Positions 49,206 to 62,000 of a stretch of 64,000 bases of DNA are shown piece by piece. Each line of letters opens with the position of its first letter. Within the stretch, counting starts at the first letter, position 1. Position numbers and translations under genes: made by a program. Source of the DNA: Pristiophorus japonicus (taxonomy: Eukaryota). The stretch lies in NCBI RefSeq assembly GCF_044704955.1, contig NC_091987.1, positions 26,412,001-26,476,000 on the forward strand, given 5' to 3'. The notes under the pieces are model-generated. The model was not told the DNA's origin and searched no databases. It saw only the letters and a list, made by a program, of their open reading frames with translations.

Positions 49206-49727
49206 GGTTTGTGTCGGGCCCCTCCAGCTCCCTCAGTCACTGCGCAGACTCCGGGCGCAGTAATACACGGCCGACTGATCCGCCCGCAGGCGGGAGGGCT
49301 TCAGGTTGAAATCTTTACCATTCGGTCAGTCGGCGATAAAACCTTCCACCATCCCCTCTGGATTGATGTGATTGGTGCCCGCGGAGTAAAATATCTACTG
49401 CGGCTACTTCCCCGGATCCTGCCTGTACCACAACAGGTCAGGGTTACTGAGGCCCTTCACATCGCACCTCAGTGCCACTCTCTCCCCGGGAAATCCGGAG
49501 AGAGCAGGGGAAGGCTGTGGATACTCGCTGAGTCCGCGTCTGCGATTAGACGGGGAGAGGAGCAGGTCAGTAATCCGGGAATTGTAAGCTTGGGAGAAAG
49601 ATAGAAGTAAAACATGAGAGAAGGAAAGAATGAGAGAAAAATAAAGAAAACATTTATTAAAGAGAATCATTGTTTGAAAAGGTTCCTTACAGTGAAACAA
49701 GATAATCAGACCCAGTAAGAGATACAT
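49206..49727 (-). pseudogene. TRBV: TCR V pseudogene V10 (TRBV30-like): RSS 49206-49244, V exon 49245-49539, leader 49691-49727
   Basis: CDVKGLSNPDLLWYRQDPGK* stop; exon 1 nt short (FR1 frameshift); ends YYCARS; heptamer CGCAGTG; leader intact. Confidence 0.85.
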
Positions 49728-50159
49728 CTTTAACGTGAAGCGTTTCCCTTAATAGTGAAAGGAGCGAGAACAGAAGCGTGGAGTCTCTGAGAAACCAAAC
49801 CCGCTCTGTTCAAATCATTGAGGAAAAGATGAAGAGCATGAGGAAGTGATGCAGATTGGACACGCCCCTTCTCCTGATTGACCCAATGAAAATCAATGAG
49901 GTTGCTAATAACCAATAGCTGACTAGATCTGACACCGTTCACATTCCCAACGACTGTGTATTTGATCATTTTTCATCCAGTAATCAGAAATAAAATTATC
50001 CACATCTGCATTTCCCCACTAGAGGCGTCTGGATTCTCAATTACCCGCCCATTGGTCCCCAATTAGCCAGATGTAGATTTCCAATTAGCCACAAATGACT
50101 AGTTACCCTGGTGTCCTGGGACCATTATTTATCCTTCAATCAACATATTAGAACACAGA

Positions 50160-50325
50160 TCATCTCATTAGCACATTGCTCTTTGTGGGAGCTTGCTATG
50201 CGTAATTTGGCTGGTGCGTTTCCCACCTTCCTACAGTGGATTCACTCCAACAGTACTTCATTGACTGTAAAGCGCTTTGTGACGTCCAGTGGCCGTGAAA
50301 GGCGCTATAGAAATGCAAGTCTTTC
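50160..50325 (+). mobile_element. SINE 3' portion (DeuSINE/AmnSINE-like tail)
   Basis: TGTAAAGCGCTTTG..GACGTCC..GTGAAAGGCGCTATAGAAATGCAAGTC resembles recalled L2-related SINE tails. Confidence 0.55.
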
Positions 50326-50407
50326 ATCACCACTACAGTCATCTCATGACCACGAATGCCAGTCCCTTCCTATCCCCGCTGGCGGAGGTGCCTTTCTTGC
50401 TCAGTGA

Positions 50408-50446
50408 GGTTTTTGCCATGACCCCGTGCAATCTAACAACACTGTG
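50408..50446 (-). other. 23-RSS of V11 (CACAGTG / 23 bp / GCAAAAACC)
   Basis: Heptamer 50440-50446, nonamer 50408-50416. Confidence 0.92.
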
Positions 50447-51459
50447 CGCATCCTGGGTCGCCACACAGTAATACATGCCGCTGTCCTGAGTCCGGGTGTT
50501 TTTCAGGGACAGTGTGAATGTGGTGCCGTCAGGGTCATGTTTGATGCCAGACTTTGTTCTATAGTTAGCCGCAGAAAACATGACCGATCCGATCCAATGC
50601 AGGAGCTCCCCGATCTGCAGGTACCAGTCCCACCCATAGTTACTCATGTTGCCCTGCCCGATGCTGCAGTAGAACCCGGCTTCTTCCCCTGGAACCTGGA
50701 TATAGAAACATAGAAAATTGGTGCAGGAGTAGGCCATTCGGCCCTTCGAGCCTGCACCATCATTCAATAAGATCATGGCTGATCATTCCCTCAGTACCCC
50801 TTTCCTGCTTTCTCTAGATACCCCTAGATCCCCTTAGCCATAAGGGCCATATCTAACTCCCTCTTGAATATATCCAATGCACTGGCATCAACAACTCTCT
50901 GTGGTAGGGAATTCCACAGGTTAACAACTCTCTGAGTGAAGAAGTTTCTGCTCATCTCAGTCCTAAATGGCTTACCCTTTATCCTTAGACTGTGACCCCT
51001 GGTTCTGGACTTGCCCAACTTTGGGAACATTCTTCCTGCATCTTACCTGTCCAGTCCCGTCAGAATTTTATATGTTTCTATGAGATCCCCTCTCATCCTT
51101 CTAAACTCCAGTGAATACAGGCACAGTCGATCCAGTCTCTCCTCATATGTCAGTCCTGCCATCCTGGGAATCAGTCTGGTGAACCTTCGTTGCATTCCCT
51201 CAATAGCAAGAACATCCTTCCTCAGATTAGGAGACCAAAACTGATGACAATATTCCAGATGAGGCCCTGAACAACTGCAGTAAGACCTCCCTGCTCCTAT
51301 ACTCAAATCCTCTAGCTATGAAGGCCAGCATACCATTTGCCTTCTTCCCTGCCTGCTGAACCTGCATGCCAACTGTCAATGACTGATGTACCAAGACACC
51401 CAAGTCTCATTGCATGGTGGCCGAAGGGGTCTGGACAACTAGTTTTTGTGACCGAACAT
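50447..51459 (-). pseudogene. Divergent antigen-receptor V segment V11, split in FR1 by a CR1 insertion (50701-51414)
   Basis: Joining 51459-51415 to 50700-50447 restores VRSQKLVVQTPSATIQVPGEEAGFYCSIGQGNMSNYGWDWYLQ..LHWIG..DSGMYYCVATQDA. Confidence 0.85.
50701..51414 (-). mobile_element. 5'-truncated CR1 LINE inside V11
   Basis: ORF2 C-terminal motifs; tail at 50701. Confidence 0.9.
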
Positions 51460-52179
51460 CTAACGGATTATAAAACAACAGTAAGCCCAATCGATCAGTC
51501 AGAGGACAATAGATGGTGTCAGGGAATATGAAAGGGACAGAGTCAGGAGCAGCAGGGAGAGAAAAGGAATGGAACAAGTTAGTTTTCTGAAATCGCTTCT
51601 ATTTGCTCTAAAGGCTAAGTTCAATTAGTCGGGTTTATCGAATTGATAAAAGTATAAATGCGCCAAATTCTAAACTGGAAAAGACAAAGACAAATAGGCT
51701 CAGATCGGAAAGAGTGAAATTGAATAATTTTTGGATGATCCTTTACCAGATTAAATTAACTCTCACTTGGATCAAAGCAAAGCAAAGTTTTTGTATTTGT
51801 TTAATGAAGAAGACTACATCAATAAATAATCTCATCAGTGTTGTTAACCTGATAGCAATGGTACAAAATGAGGACAGTAAGATTTGCTGTCTCATACATA
51901 CAGGAATTGGAAAGCAGAAATATGGAAAGCCAATACATAGCGAGAATTGTCTTCCCTCCTTTGCAAACTGATGCCAGACTATTTCAGATCACTGCCGCTG
52001 TGGGAATTACAAGTTAATAAATTAACCCATTCTGCGCTTCGAGCGAGCACCAATCGCAATATTGCTCAATCATTGCCGTAACGTTCTGTTTGTTACAATG
52101 CTCTTGCCGACTATAGCTCACCAGCTGAACCATCGATGGGAACAGAGCCGATGGAGCGAGAGGGAGGTGCTATTGAGGG

Positions 52180-53330
52180 AGGCAGGAAGAATGTTCCCAA
52201 TGTTGGGAAAGTCCATAATCAGGGGTCACAGTCTAAGGATAAGGGGTAAGCCATTTAGGACCGAGATGAGAAACTTCTTCACCCAGAGAGTGGTGAACCT
52301 GTGGAATTCTCTACCACAGAAAGTTGTTGAGGCCAATTCACTAAATATATTCAAAAAGGAGTTAGATGTAGTCCTTACTACTTGGGGGATCAAGGGGTAT
52401 GGCGAGAAAGCAGGAATGGGGTACTGAGGTTGCATGTTCAGCCATGAACTCATTGAATGGCGGTGCAGGCTCGAAGGGCCGAATGGCCTACTCCTGTACC
52501 TATTTTCTATGTTTCTAGAAGGATGGAAAGAGATGGAGAAATAGATCATACAAGAGATTATCCTTTGAGGAGAGATTGGGTAAATTAGGGCTATATTCTC
52601 TAGAGTTTAGGAGACTGAGAAGTGATCTCATTGAAACATACAGAATTCTTACAGGGCTTGACAGGGTAAGTGCAGGGAGTCTAGAACCAGGGACCACAGT
52701 CTCAGAATAAGGGGTCGGCCATTTAGGACTGAGATGAGGAGAAAATTCTTCACTCAGAGGGTGGTGAATCTCTGGAATTCTCTGCCCCAGAGAGCTGTGG
52801 AGGCTCAGTCGTTGAGTATATTTAAGACAGAGATCGATAGATGTTTGGATATTAAATGAATCAAGGGATATGGGGATGGGGCAGGAAAGTGGAGTTGAGG
52901 TCGAAGATCAGCCGTGATCATATTTAATGGTGGAGCAGGCTCCAAGCTCCGAATGGCCCAATCCTGCTCCTGTATCTTACGTTATTATGTATTTATGATT
53001 TAATTGAGGTGTTCCATATTATCAAGGGATTGGTTAGTGTTACTAAGGAGAAATTGTTTCCAGTGGCAAGGATTGTGTAGAATGGACCGATATTCTCTGC
53101 AGTTTAGAAGAAAGAGAGGTGATCTCATTAAACATGCAAGATTCTGAAGGCGATTGAAAGGATAGATGCTGAGAGGTTGTTTCCTTAACCCTAACTGGAG
53201 TTTCTGGAACTAGGATGTGCAGGCTTAGGATAAGAGGTAGGCCCTTATTGAAATGTAAGAACATGCTCGAAATTCCATATGGCCTACTCATGGTCCTATT
53301 TCTTATGCCTGTATGTTCTTACATGTCAGT
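52180..53330 (+). mobile_element. Stacked CR1 3'-end fragments
   Basis: Three successive copies of the ORF2 C-terminus and 3' UTR. Confidence 0.75.
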
Positions 53331-53796
53331 AACCAGAGGACACAGATTTAATGACTGGACAGCGATATCATGATTTTTTAATGCAGTTATTTTGGGGAGT
53401 TTGGAATGCACTGCCCGAAAGGAGGGGGAAACAGATCCAATAATAACACACAAAGGGAATTTAGTACACAGTGGAAAGGGAGGTTGTCTGGGCTATGGGA
53501 AAAGGGCAGTGGACTAGGACTAATTGGTAGATCTCTCAAAGAGCCGCTACAGGTACATGTTGCAGAATGTCCTCCTTCCGGCTGGATCAGATTGTTTCTT
53601 TTAGTTAGACTTTCTTTCTTGTGTTTTACTTTTTTCTTTTCTTATATACTTTTATATTTCTGTGTTTTCTTTTTCTTTGTTTATTTCTTTTTTCTTTCTT
53701 GTTTTCTGTCTTTCTTACGCAATAACTTATTTCAAAAATACAGCAAACTGTTACTGAGTTGGAAATGCGATATGGGAATAGGAAGGGCACATAATA

Positions 53797-55578
53797 TTCC
53801 CCCTCCTAATTAAACCCTTTGTCCTCTGCTGAATTCTAAATTTCTCCCAGTCCTCAGGTTTGCTGCTTTTTCTGGCCAATTTATAAGCCTCTTCCTTGGA
53901 TTTAACACTATCCCTAGTTTCCCTTGTTAGCCACAGTTGAGCCACCTTCCCTGTTTTTATTTTACTCCAGACATGGATGTACAATTGTTGAAGATCATCC
54001 ATGTGATCTTTAAATGTTTGCCATTTCCTATCCACCATTAACCCTCTAAGTATCTTTCGCCAGTCTATTCTAGCCAATTCATGTCTCATACCATCGAAGT
54101 TACCTTTCCTTAAGTTCAGTCTCTGAATTAACTATGTCACTCGCCATCTTAATAAAGAATTCTACCATATTATGGTCACTCTTCCCCAAGGGGCCTTTCA
54201 CAACAAGATTGCTAATTAGTCATTTCTTGTTACACATCACCCAGTCTAGGATGGCCAGCTCCCTGGTTGGTTCCTCGACATATTGGTCTGGAAAACCATC
54301 CCTAATATACTCCAGGAAATCCTCCTCCACCACATTGCTACCAGTTTGGTTAGCCCAATCAATATGTAGATTAAAGTCGCCCAGGATAACTGCTGTACCT
54401 TTATTGCACGTATCTCTAATACCTTGTTTGATGCTGTCCCCAACCTCACTACTACTATTCGGTCATCTGTACACAACTCCCTCCAGCATTTTCTGCCCTT
54501 TAGTATTCTGCAGCTCTACCCATACAGATTCCACATCATCCAAGCTAATGTCCTTCCTTACTATTGCGTTAAGTTCCTCTTTACCAAGCAATGCTACCCC
54601 ACCTCCTTTTCCTTTCCGTCTATCCTTCCTGAATGTTGAATACCCCTGGATGTTGAGTTCCCAGCCTTTGTCACCCTGGAGCCATGTCTCCGCAATCCCA
54701 ATTATATCATATTTGTTAATAGCTATCTGCGCAGTTAATTCGTACCTTATTACGAATACTCCTCGCATTGAGGCACAGAGCCTTCAGGCTTGTCTTTTTA
54801 ACACACTTTGTACCTTTAGACTTTTGCTGTAAAGTGGCCTTTTTTGAGTTTTGCCTTGGATTTCTCTGCCCTCCACTTTTACTTTTCTTCTTTCTGTCTT
54901 TTCCTTCTGCCCCCATTTTACTTCCCTCTGTCTCCCTGCATAGGTTCCCATCCCCCTGCCATATTAGTTTAACCCCTCCCCAACAGCACTAGAAAATACT
55001 CCCCCTAGGACATTGGTTCCAGTCCTGCCCAGGTGCAGAACGTCCAGTTTGTACTGGTCCCAACTCCCCCAGAACCGGTTCCAATGTCCCATGAATTTGA
55101 ATCTCTCCCTCCTGCACCACTCCTCAAGCCACGTATTCATCTTAGCTATCCTGCAATTCCTACTCTGACTAGTACGTGGCATTGGTAAAAATCCTGAGAT
55201 AACTACCTTTGAGGTCCTGCTTTTAAATTTAACTCCTAGCTCCCTAAATTCAGCTTGTAGGACCTCATCCCATTTTTGTACCTATATTGTTTGTATCCAT
55301 ATGCACCATGACAACTGGCTGTTCACCCTCCCCCTCCAAACAGTCCTGCAGCCGACCGAGACCTCCTTGAACCTTGCACCAGGGAGGCAACATAACATCC
55401 TGGAGTCTCGATTGCGGCCGCAGAAACGCCTATCTATTCCCCTTACAATAGAATCCCCTACCACTATAGCTCTCGCACTCTTCTTCCTGCCCTCCTGTGC
55501 AGCAGAGCCACCTACGGTGCCATGAACTTGGCTGCTGCTGCCTTCCCCTAATGAGTCACCCCCCCCCACAGTACCCAA
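53797..55578 (-). mobile_element. CR1 5' portion (ORF1 esterase and APE)
   Basis: VGDSIVRG, ETWL and GDFN-like motifs. Confidence 0.85.
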
Positions 55579-55579
55579 A

Positions 55580-57580
55580 ACAGAATCCAAACCATCTTTG
55601 TCTACTATGTACCTGAACTGCTCCACTGAGTTTTGAAATAACTCACACTTGCGAGCAGACACTCATACTCTGTGCTTCTCTCGCCATTTGAGGACTTCAT
55701 TCAATATGTTATTATGAATTTTGAATTTTCCTATTTGGTGCTGAAATTAGTATGTCATCTAAATAACATACTACCTCTTCAATACCTTGCAAAATCTGGT
55801 TCATCACCCCTTGGAATATGGCAGGTGCGGAAGACACTCCAAATGGTAGCCTAGTAAATTGATATAGGCCTAGATGAGTATTTATAGTCAAGCATGACTT
55901 GGACTCCTCAACTAGTTCAAGCTGTAAGTAGGCATTCGTAAGATTCAACTTTGAGAAAATCTGACCACCCCTTGTCAGTGTTGTGAACAAATCTTCTACA
56001 TTTGACAATGTATTGAGGACATTACCCTCTCGAACCTGGTTTATGGTTACTTTATAATCACCACACAATCTTACCATACCATTGGACTTAGGTACAACAA
56101 CAATGGGTGAAACCCAATTACATAGATCTATCTTAGAAATAATGTTCTCAGTCTCTTGTCTTTTGAGTTCTTGCTCAACTTTCTCCTTGAGTGAATGTGG
56201 TATGGAACATGGCTTGCAGTAAACCGACCTAGCGTCCTTCTGTACCCTGACACACGCCTTGAAGCCTTGGATCGGATTGCCTGTTTTGCAGAATACCTTT
56301 AGATAATTCTTGATGATATCATCCTTTGTTTCAACACGAAACATCTCACTCCAGTCCAGCTTCAGTGATGCCAACCAATTTCTTCCTAGTAAGGCAGGCT
56401 TGTCTTCTGCCACTACTATTAGAGGCAAGCTCTGAAATTGATATTTGTATTTCACCGGTACAGTGATACGACCCACCACAGGAATGTTCTCTCCCGAGTA
56501 GCCACGCAGCTCTATCTTGGATTTCTCCAATGGGAAATCACGCAATTTGGCGAGGTATAGCGACTCCAATACAATGCTCATGGATGCACCAGTGTTGATT
56601 TCCATGGGTATCTTGGTTCCTGCAACCTCTATGTGGATTATGATACTTTTCGAATCGCTGTTAGTTACCCTCGTGCTCCTGATGATGTGTAGCTCTAAAA
56701 CCACCTCATCCTGTTGCTTTTCTTCCATGCTATGTAGTCTCTGGGAATTTCTACTCATAGCTTTGAAAGCTGGTTTACCCTTCAGTCGGCATGCCTTCGC
56801 AAGATGCCCAGTTTTCCTGCAGATGAAACACTCTGCCTTCACATATTAACAACTTTGAGCAATGTGTTGTCCCAAATAGGACTTCAATGCTCTGTTACCA
56901 TCGCCAGTTTCTGAGACTTTGGGGCCCAATTGCCTTTTACTTTTAACCTGCAGGTGATTCACCTTGGTTGTCTGATGACTGGAAATTGTATGAAATTCTC
57001 GAGAATATCGGTCAGCCATGTTCATTGACATTGCTGTCTGACAAGCTAAATCAAAAGTTAGGAGTTGTGAATAACTTTCTTCTGATTGCACCATTTTTCA
57101 TCCCACAAACAAAGTATTCACACAATGCTTGATCCTGAAAGTTTCTGAAATTACAATGAATAGATAGCTTTTTTAATGCTACAACGTACTCCCTGATATT
57201 TTTTTCGATTAACTGATCTTGTATTCAGAAATGATAACTTACAGCAATTTCCAGGGGCTCAGGGTTGCAGTGCCATTCTAACTTAGTTAGAATCTGCTTA
57301 ATAGTTGTGTCCTTTGGCTTGTCAGGCACAAGCAAATGTTCACCTCAGGCCCTGCTTCAATTAAGAAAATAGCCCTTTATTGTCCCAACACCACCCAGTT
57401 ATGGTTTTCATCATTGGGAACTTCAATGATATTATTTGTGGTGAGAAACATTTCTAGCCACTCCTCATATGCTCTGAAACTTTCACGGTCACGTTGAAAC
57501 TTTCACAAATACCCTATTATTTCCAGAGGTGCAACAGTTCAGACAAGTGTGCTTGTAATTTACCTTGGATTTGTAGCTGT
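55580..57580 (-). mobile_element. Degenerate Gypsy gag-protease-RT fragment
   Basis: CFICRKTGHLAKAC knuckle; NTGAS protease-like motif; RLPFG and YLDD RT motifs in ORF 55712-56842. Confidence 0.88.
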
Positions 57581-57584
57581 TAAT

Positions 57585-58118
57585 CACATGGATGAACTTC
57601 AACAATTGCACATACCTGTCTAGTGTAAAATAAAATGGGGAAGGTGGCTCAACCTTGGCTATGTAAGGGATAGTGTTAAAGCCAAGGAAGATGCATATAA
57701 ATTGGCCAGAAAAAGCAGCAAACCTGAGGTCTGGGAGAATTTTATAATTTTACAATTCAGCAGAGCAGGACAAAGGGTTTAATTAGATGGGGGAAAAATT
57801 GAGTATGAGAGTAAGCTTGCAGGGATCATAAAAACTGACTGCAAAAGCTTCTATAGATATGTGAAGAATAAAAGTTTAGTGGAGACAAATGTAGGTCACT
57901 TGCAGTCGGATTCAGGTGAATTAATAATGGGGAACAAAAAAAGGGCAGACCAATTGAACAAATACTTTTGTTCTGTCTTCACTAATGAACACACAAATAA
58001 ATTTCTGGAAATATGAGGATCTAGCGAGAAGGAGGAACTGAAGGAAATCCTTATTAGTCAGAAAATTGTATTATGGAAATTGATGGTATTGAAGGCCGAT
58101 AATTCACCAGGGCCTGAT
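57585..58118 (+). mobile_element. CR1 ORF2 fragment
   Basis: Homologous to 12055-12595. Confidence 0.75.
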
Positions 58119-59084
58119 TTGGGGGGGGGGCGGGGGAGAGTGAGGGGTGGATTGAGGGGGGTGATTCAGGGGGTGGAGAGTGAGATGGGAGGAGAGAGTG
58201 GGGGGGGGGAAGAGTCAGGGGGGGGAGAGCAAAGGGGGACAGCGAGGGGGGAGTGTGAGGGTAGGATAGTGAGGGGGACAGTGAAAGGGAGAGAGTGAGG
58301 GGGAAGAGTGGGAGGAGATTGAGGGGGTAAAGGGAGGGGGTAAAGTGAGTGGGGAGAGAGTGAGGGGGGAGAGTGAGGTGGGGAGTGGGGGGTAGATGGA
58401 GGAGGGTAAAGGGAGGGGGGTAAAGTGAGTGGGGAGAGAGTGAGGGGGAGAGTGGGGGGAGAGATTGATGGGGGTAAAGTGAATGGGGGGAGAGTGAGGG
58501 GCGAGAGTGGTGGGGAAGAATGGGGGGAAGAGTGAGGGGGCAGAGTGAGGGGGCAGAGTGGGGGAGAGAGAGAGTGAGGGGAGAGTAAGGGGGGAGTGTG
58601 AGAGGGTGGAGAGTGAGGGGGAGTGAGGGAGGGGGAGAGTGAGGGGGAGAGTAAGGGGGGAGAGTGAGGGTGGATGAGGTGGGAGAAGAGTGAGGGGGGA
58701 GAGTGAGGGTGGATGAGGTGGGAGAAGAGTGAGGGGGGAGTGAGGGTGGAGAGTGAGACGGTGAGTGAGAGGGGTGAGAGTAAGAGTTGAGTGAGTGGTG
58801 GGGGATTGAGGAGGAGAGTGATGGGGAGAGTGGTGGGGGGGGTGTGTGCGGAGGGAGAGAGTGGGTGGAGAGTGAGGGGGATAATGAGGGGGGTCGAGAG
58901 TGAGGTGGGGAGAGTGAGTGGGGAGAGTAAGGGGGTCAGAGAGTGAGGGGTGAGAGAGTGAGGGGGAGTGAGGGTGGGGGATTGAGGGTGGGGAAGAGTG
59001 AGGGTGGGAGATTGAGGGTGGGGAAGAGTGAGGGGGGAAGAGTGAGGGGAGGATAGTGAGGGGGAGAGTGAGGGGTGGAGTGAG
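58119..59084. repeat. G-rich low-complexity repeat (GAGAGTGAGGGG)n, continuing at 63889-64000
   Basis: Purine-rich degenerate repeat with many G runs. Confidence 0.9.
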
Positions 59085-62000
59085 AGTCGTGAATAAAGAG
59101 TATCATCAGATACTGTGAGCTCAAAGTAAAGTGTGACCGTAGTCTTTTATTAGAGGTCTCCAGAGTGCCTCTCCAACCTGTGAGGCTTCCTTAAGTACCA
59201 GTGCTCCCTTGGGACTCCAGGGGATGAGTCCTCTGCTGGTTAAACAAGGTATTGACTGGTTTACATATATAACAACATTCCACACCCGCCCCCCCCCCGC
59301 CCCCAAAGTCAACAGTGTAACTATTTACAAGGTGCATTGATCTGGGGCCTTTCTTTCCCTGGTCGATCGTCTCGGTGCAAATGCTGGTTTTGGTAAGCCG
59401 TTTGTTGGGCCCTCGCTGGGCTGCTGTGCAGCTGGCCTTGCTGTGCTGCCTGGTGTGGTGAGTCCTGCTGGGCTACTGCGGGTGATGGGTTCTGCTTCGT
59501 GGTCAACCGCTGGGTCGGTTGCCATTGCTGTGTTTTGGGGGGTCAAAAAAGTTAGGGTCTAATGTGGGTTGCTCTGGATAGTCCGTGAATGTGAGTTTGG
59601 TTTGGTCCATGTGTTTCCTGCAGATGAGTCTGAGTCCATTTGAAAGTTTGACCCGAAACACCCTACTCCCCTCTTTGGCCACAACAGTGCCGGGAAGTCA
59701 CTTGGGTCCTTGTCCATAGTTCAACACAAATACAAGATCATTCATTTCAATCTCGCGTGACACATTTGCACTATCATGATATGTACTTTGTTGAAGCCGC
59801 CTGCTCTCTACCTGTTCATGTAGATTAGGGTGGACTAATGAGAGCCTTGCCTTAAGTACCCTTTTCATGAGCAGTTCAGCGGGTGGAATCCCAGTGAGCG
59901 AGTGTGGTCTCGTGCGGTAACTAAGCAGGACTCGGGATAGGCGAGTCTGCAGTGAGTCTTCAGTTACCCTCTTCAAGCTCTGCTTGATTGTTTGCACTAC
60001 TCTCTCTGCCTGACCATTGGATGCTCATTTGAACGGGGCAGATGTGTCATGTTTGATCCCATTGCGGGTCATGAACTCTTTGAACTCAGCACTGGTGAAA
60101 CACGGCCCGTTGTCACTCACAAGGACATCAGGCAGGCCGTGCATGGCAAACATGTCCCGCAGGCTTCAGTGGTGGCAGCGGACGTGCTTGCCGACATTAT
60201 CTCACATTCAATCCATTTGGAGTACGCATCTACAACCACTCGGAACATTTTTCCCAAGAACGGGTCTGCACAGTCAACATGGACCCTAGACCACGGTTTG
60301 GAGGGCCAAGTCCATAAACTTAGTGGTGATCCCTGGGTGCATTGATTAACTGTGAACATGTGTTACATTTGTGCACGCAGAACTCTAAGACTGCATCGAT
60401 ACCGGGCCACCACACATGGGATCTGGCTATCGCTTTCATCATTACAATGCCTGGGTGGGTACTGTGAAGATCACTAATGAAAGTGTCTCTGCCCTTTTCT
60501 GGTACCACTACCTGATTACCCCACAGAAGGCAGTCTGCCTGTATCGACATTTCATCTTTGCGCCGCTGGTATGGCTTTATTTCTTCCTGCATTTCTAATG
60601 GGACACTGGACTAGCTCCCGCGAAGCAAACAGTGTTTTACTAAGGACTGTAAGGGGTCCTGGCTCGTCCAGGTTCTAAGCTGTGAAGCGGTAGCAGGTGA
60701 TTGCTCACTCTCGAATGCTTCCATTATCATAACTAAATCTGCAGGCTGTGCCATTTCCACGCCCGTGGTGGGCAATGGCAGCCTACTGAGGGCATCGGCA
60801 CAGTTTACTGTGCCTGGCCTGTGGCATATGGCATAGTTGTATGCAGACAACGTGAGCGCCCATCTCTGGATGCAGGCCGATGCATTCGTATTTATCCCCT
60901 TACTTTCAGAAAAGAGGGATATCAGTGGCTTATGGTCAGTTTCGAATTCAAATTTGAGCCCAAACAGATATTGATGCATTTTCTTTACCCCATAAACACA
61001 CGCTAACGCTTCTTTTTCAATCATGCTGTAGGCCCTCTCAGCCTCAGACAGATTCCTGGATGCATAAGCAACTGGTTGCAATTTCCCAGATTCATTAGTT
61101 TGTTGCAATACACACCCGACACCGTATGATGACGCATCACATGCTAGTACCAAACGCTTACATGGATCATACAACACAAGCAATTTTTTTGAGCATAACA
61201 GTTTTCTAGCTTTTACAAAGGCATTTTCTTGCCTTTTACCCCATACCCATTCATCTCCTTTACGCAGTAAAGTGTGCAGTGGTTCTAACTGTGAGCTGAG
61301 ATCCAGTAAGAAGTTACCAAAGTAGTTCAGGAATCCTAGAAACGACCGCAGCTCCATCACGTTCTGTGGCCTCGGTGTGTTCTCGATTGATTCCGTCTTC
61401 GAATCAGTGGGACTGATGCCGTTCACCACGATTCTTCTCCCCAGGAACTACACTTCAGGTGCCAGGAAAATGTACTTCGAGCATTTTAACCTCAGCCCCA
61501 TGCAATTAAGCTGATTAAGAACCTCCTCCAGGTTCTGCAGATGCTCGACTGTGTCCCAACCTGTAACCAAGATGTCGTCCTGGAAGACCACGGTGCATGG
61601 GACCGATTTCAGTAAGCTTTCCATGTTTCTCTGGAATATCGCTGCTGCTGATCGAATTCCAAATGGGCATCTGTTGTAAATGAAGAGACCTTTGTGCGTG
61701 TTGATGCAGGTGAGGCCTTTCAATGATCCCTCCAGCTCCTGCGTCATGTAGGTTAAGGTCAATTCCAGCTTCGTGAACATCTTTCCTCCTACCAGCATCG
61801 CAACAAGGTCATCTGCCTTTGGTAGTGGTTACTGATCCTACAGGGAGAAACGATTGATAGTTACTTTGTAATCACTGCAGATTCTGACGGTGCTCTCTCC
61901 CTTGAGGGCTGGAACAATTGGACTGGCTCACTCGTTGAATTTGATCGGCGAAATGATGCCCTCTCATTGCAGCCAGTCCAGCTCGATCTCCACCCTCTCT

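Noticed and set aside
49404-49727. ORF reading from leader through intron into the V region
   Set aside because: Chance in-frame read-through caused by the FR1 frameshift; it stops in FR2
51767-51835. Candidate leader exon for V11 (MRLFIDVVFF...LIQ/GTGAG)
   Set aside because: Phase 0 donor is incompatible with the phase-1 acceptor, and the peptide is a poor signal sequence
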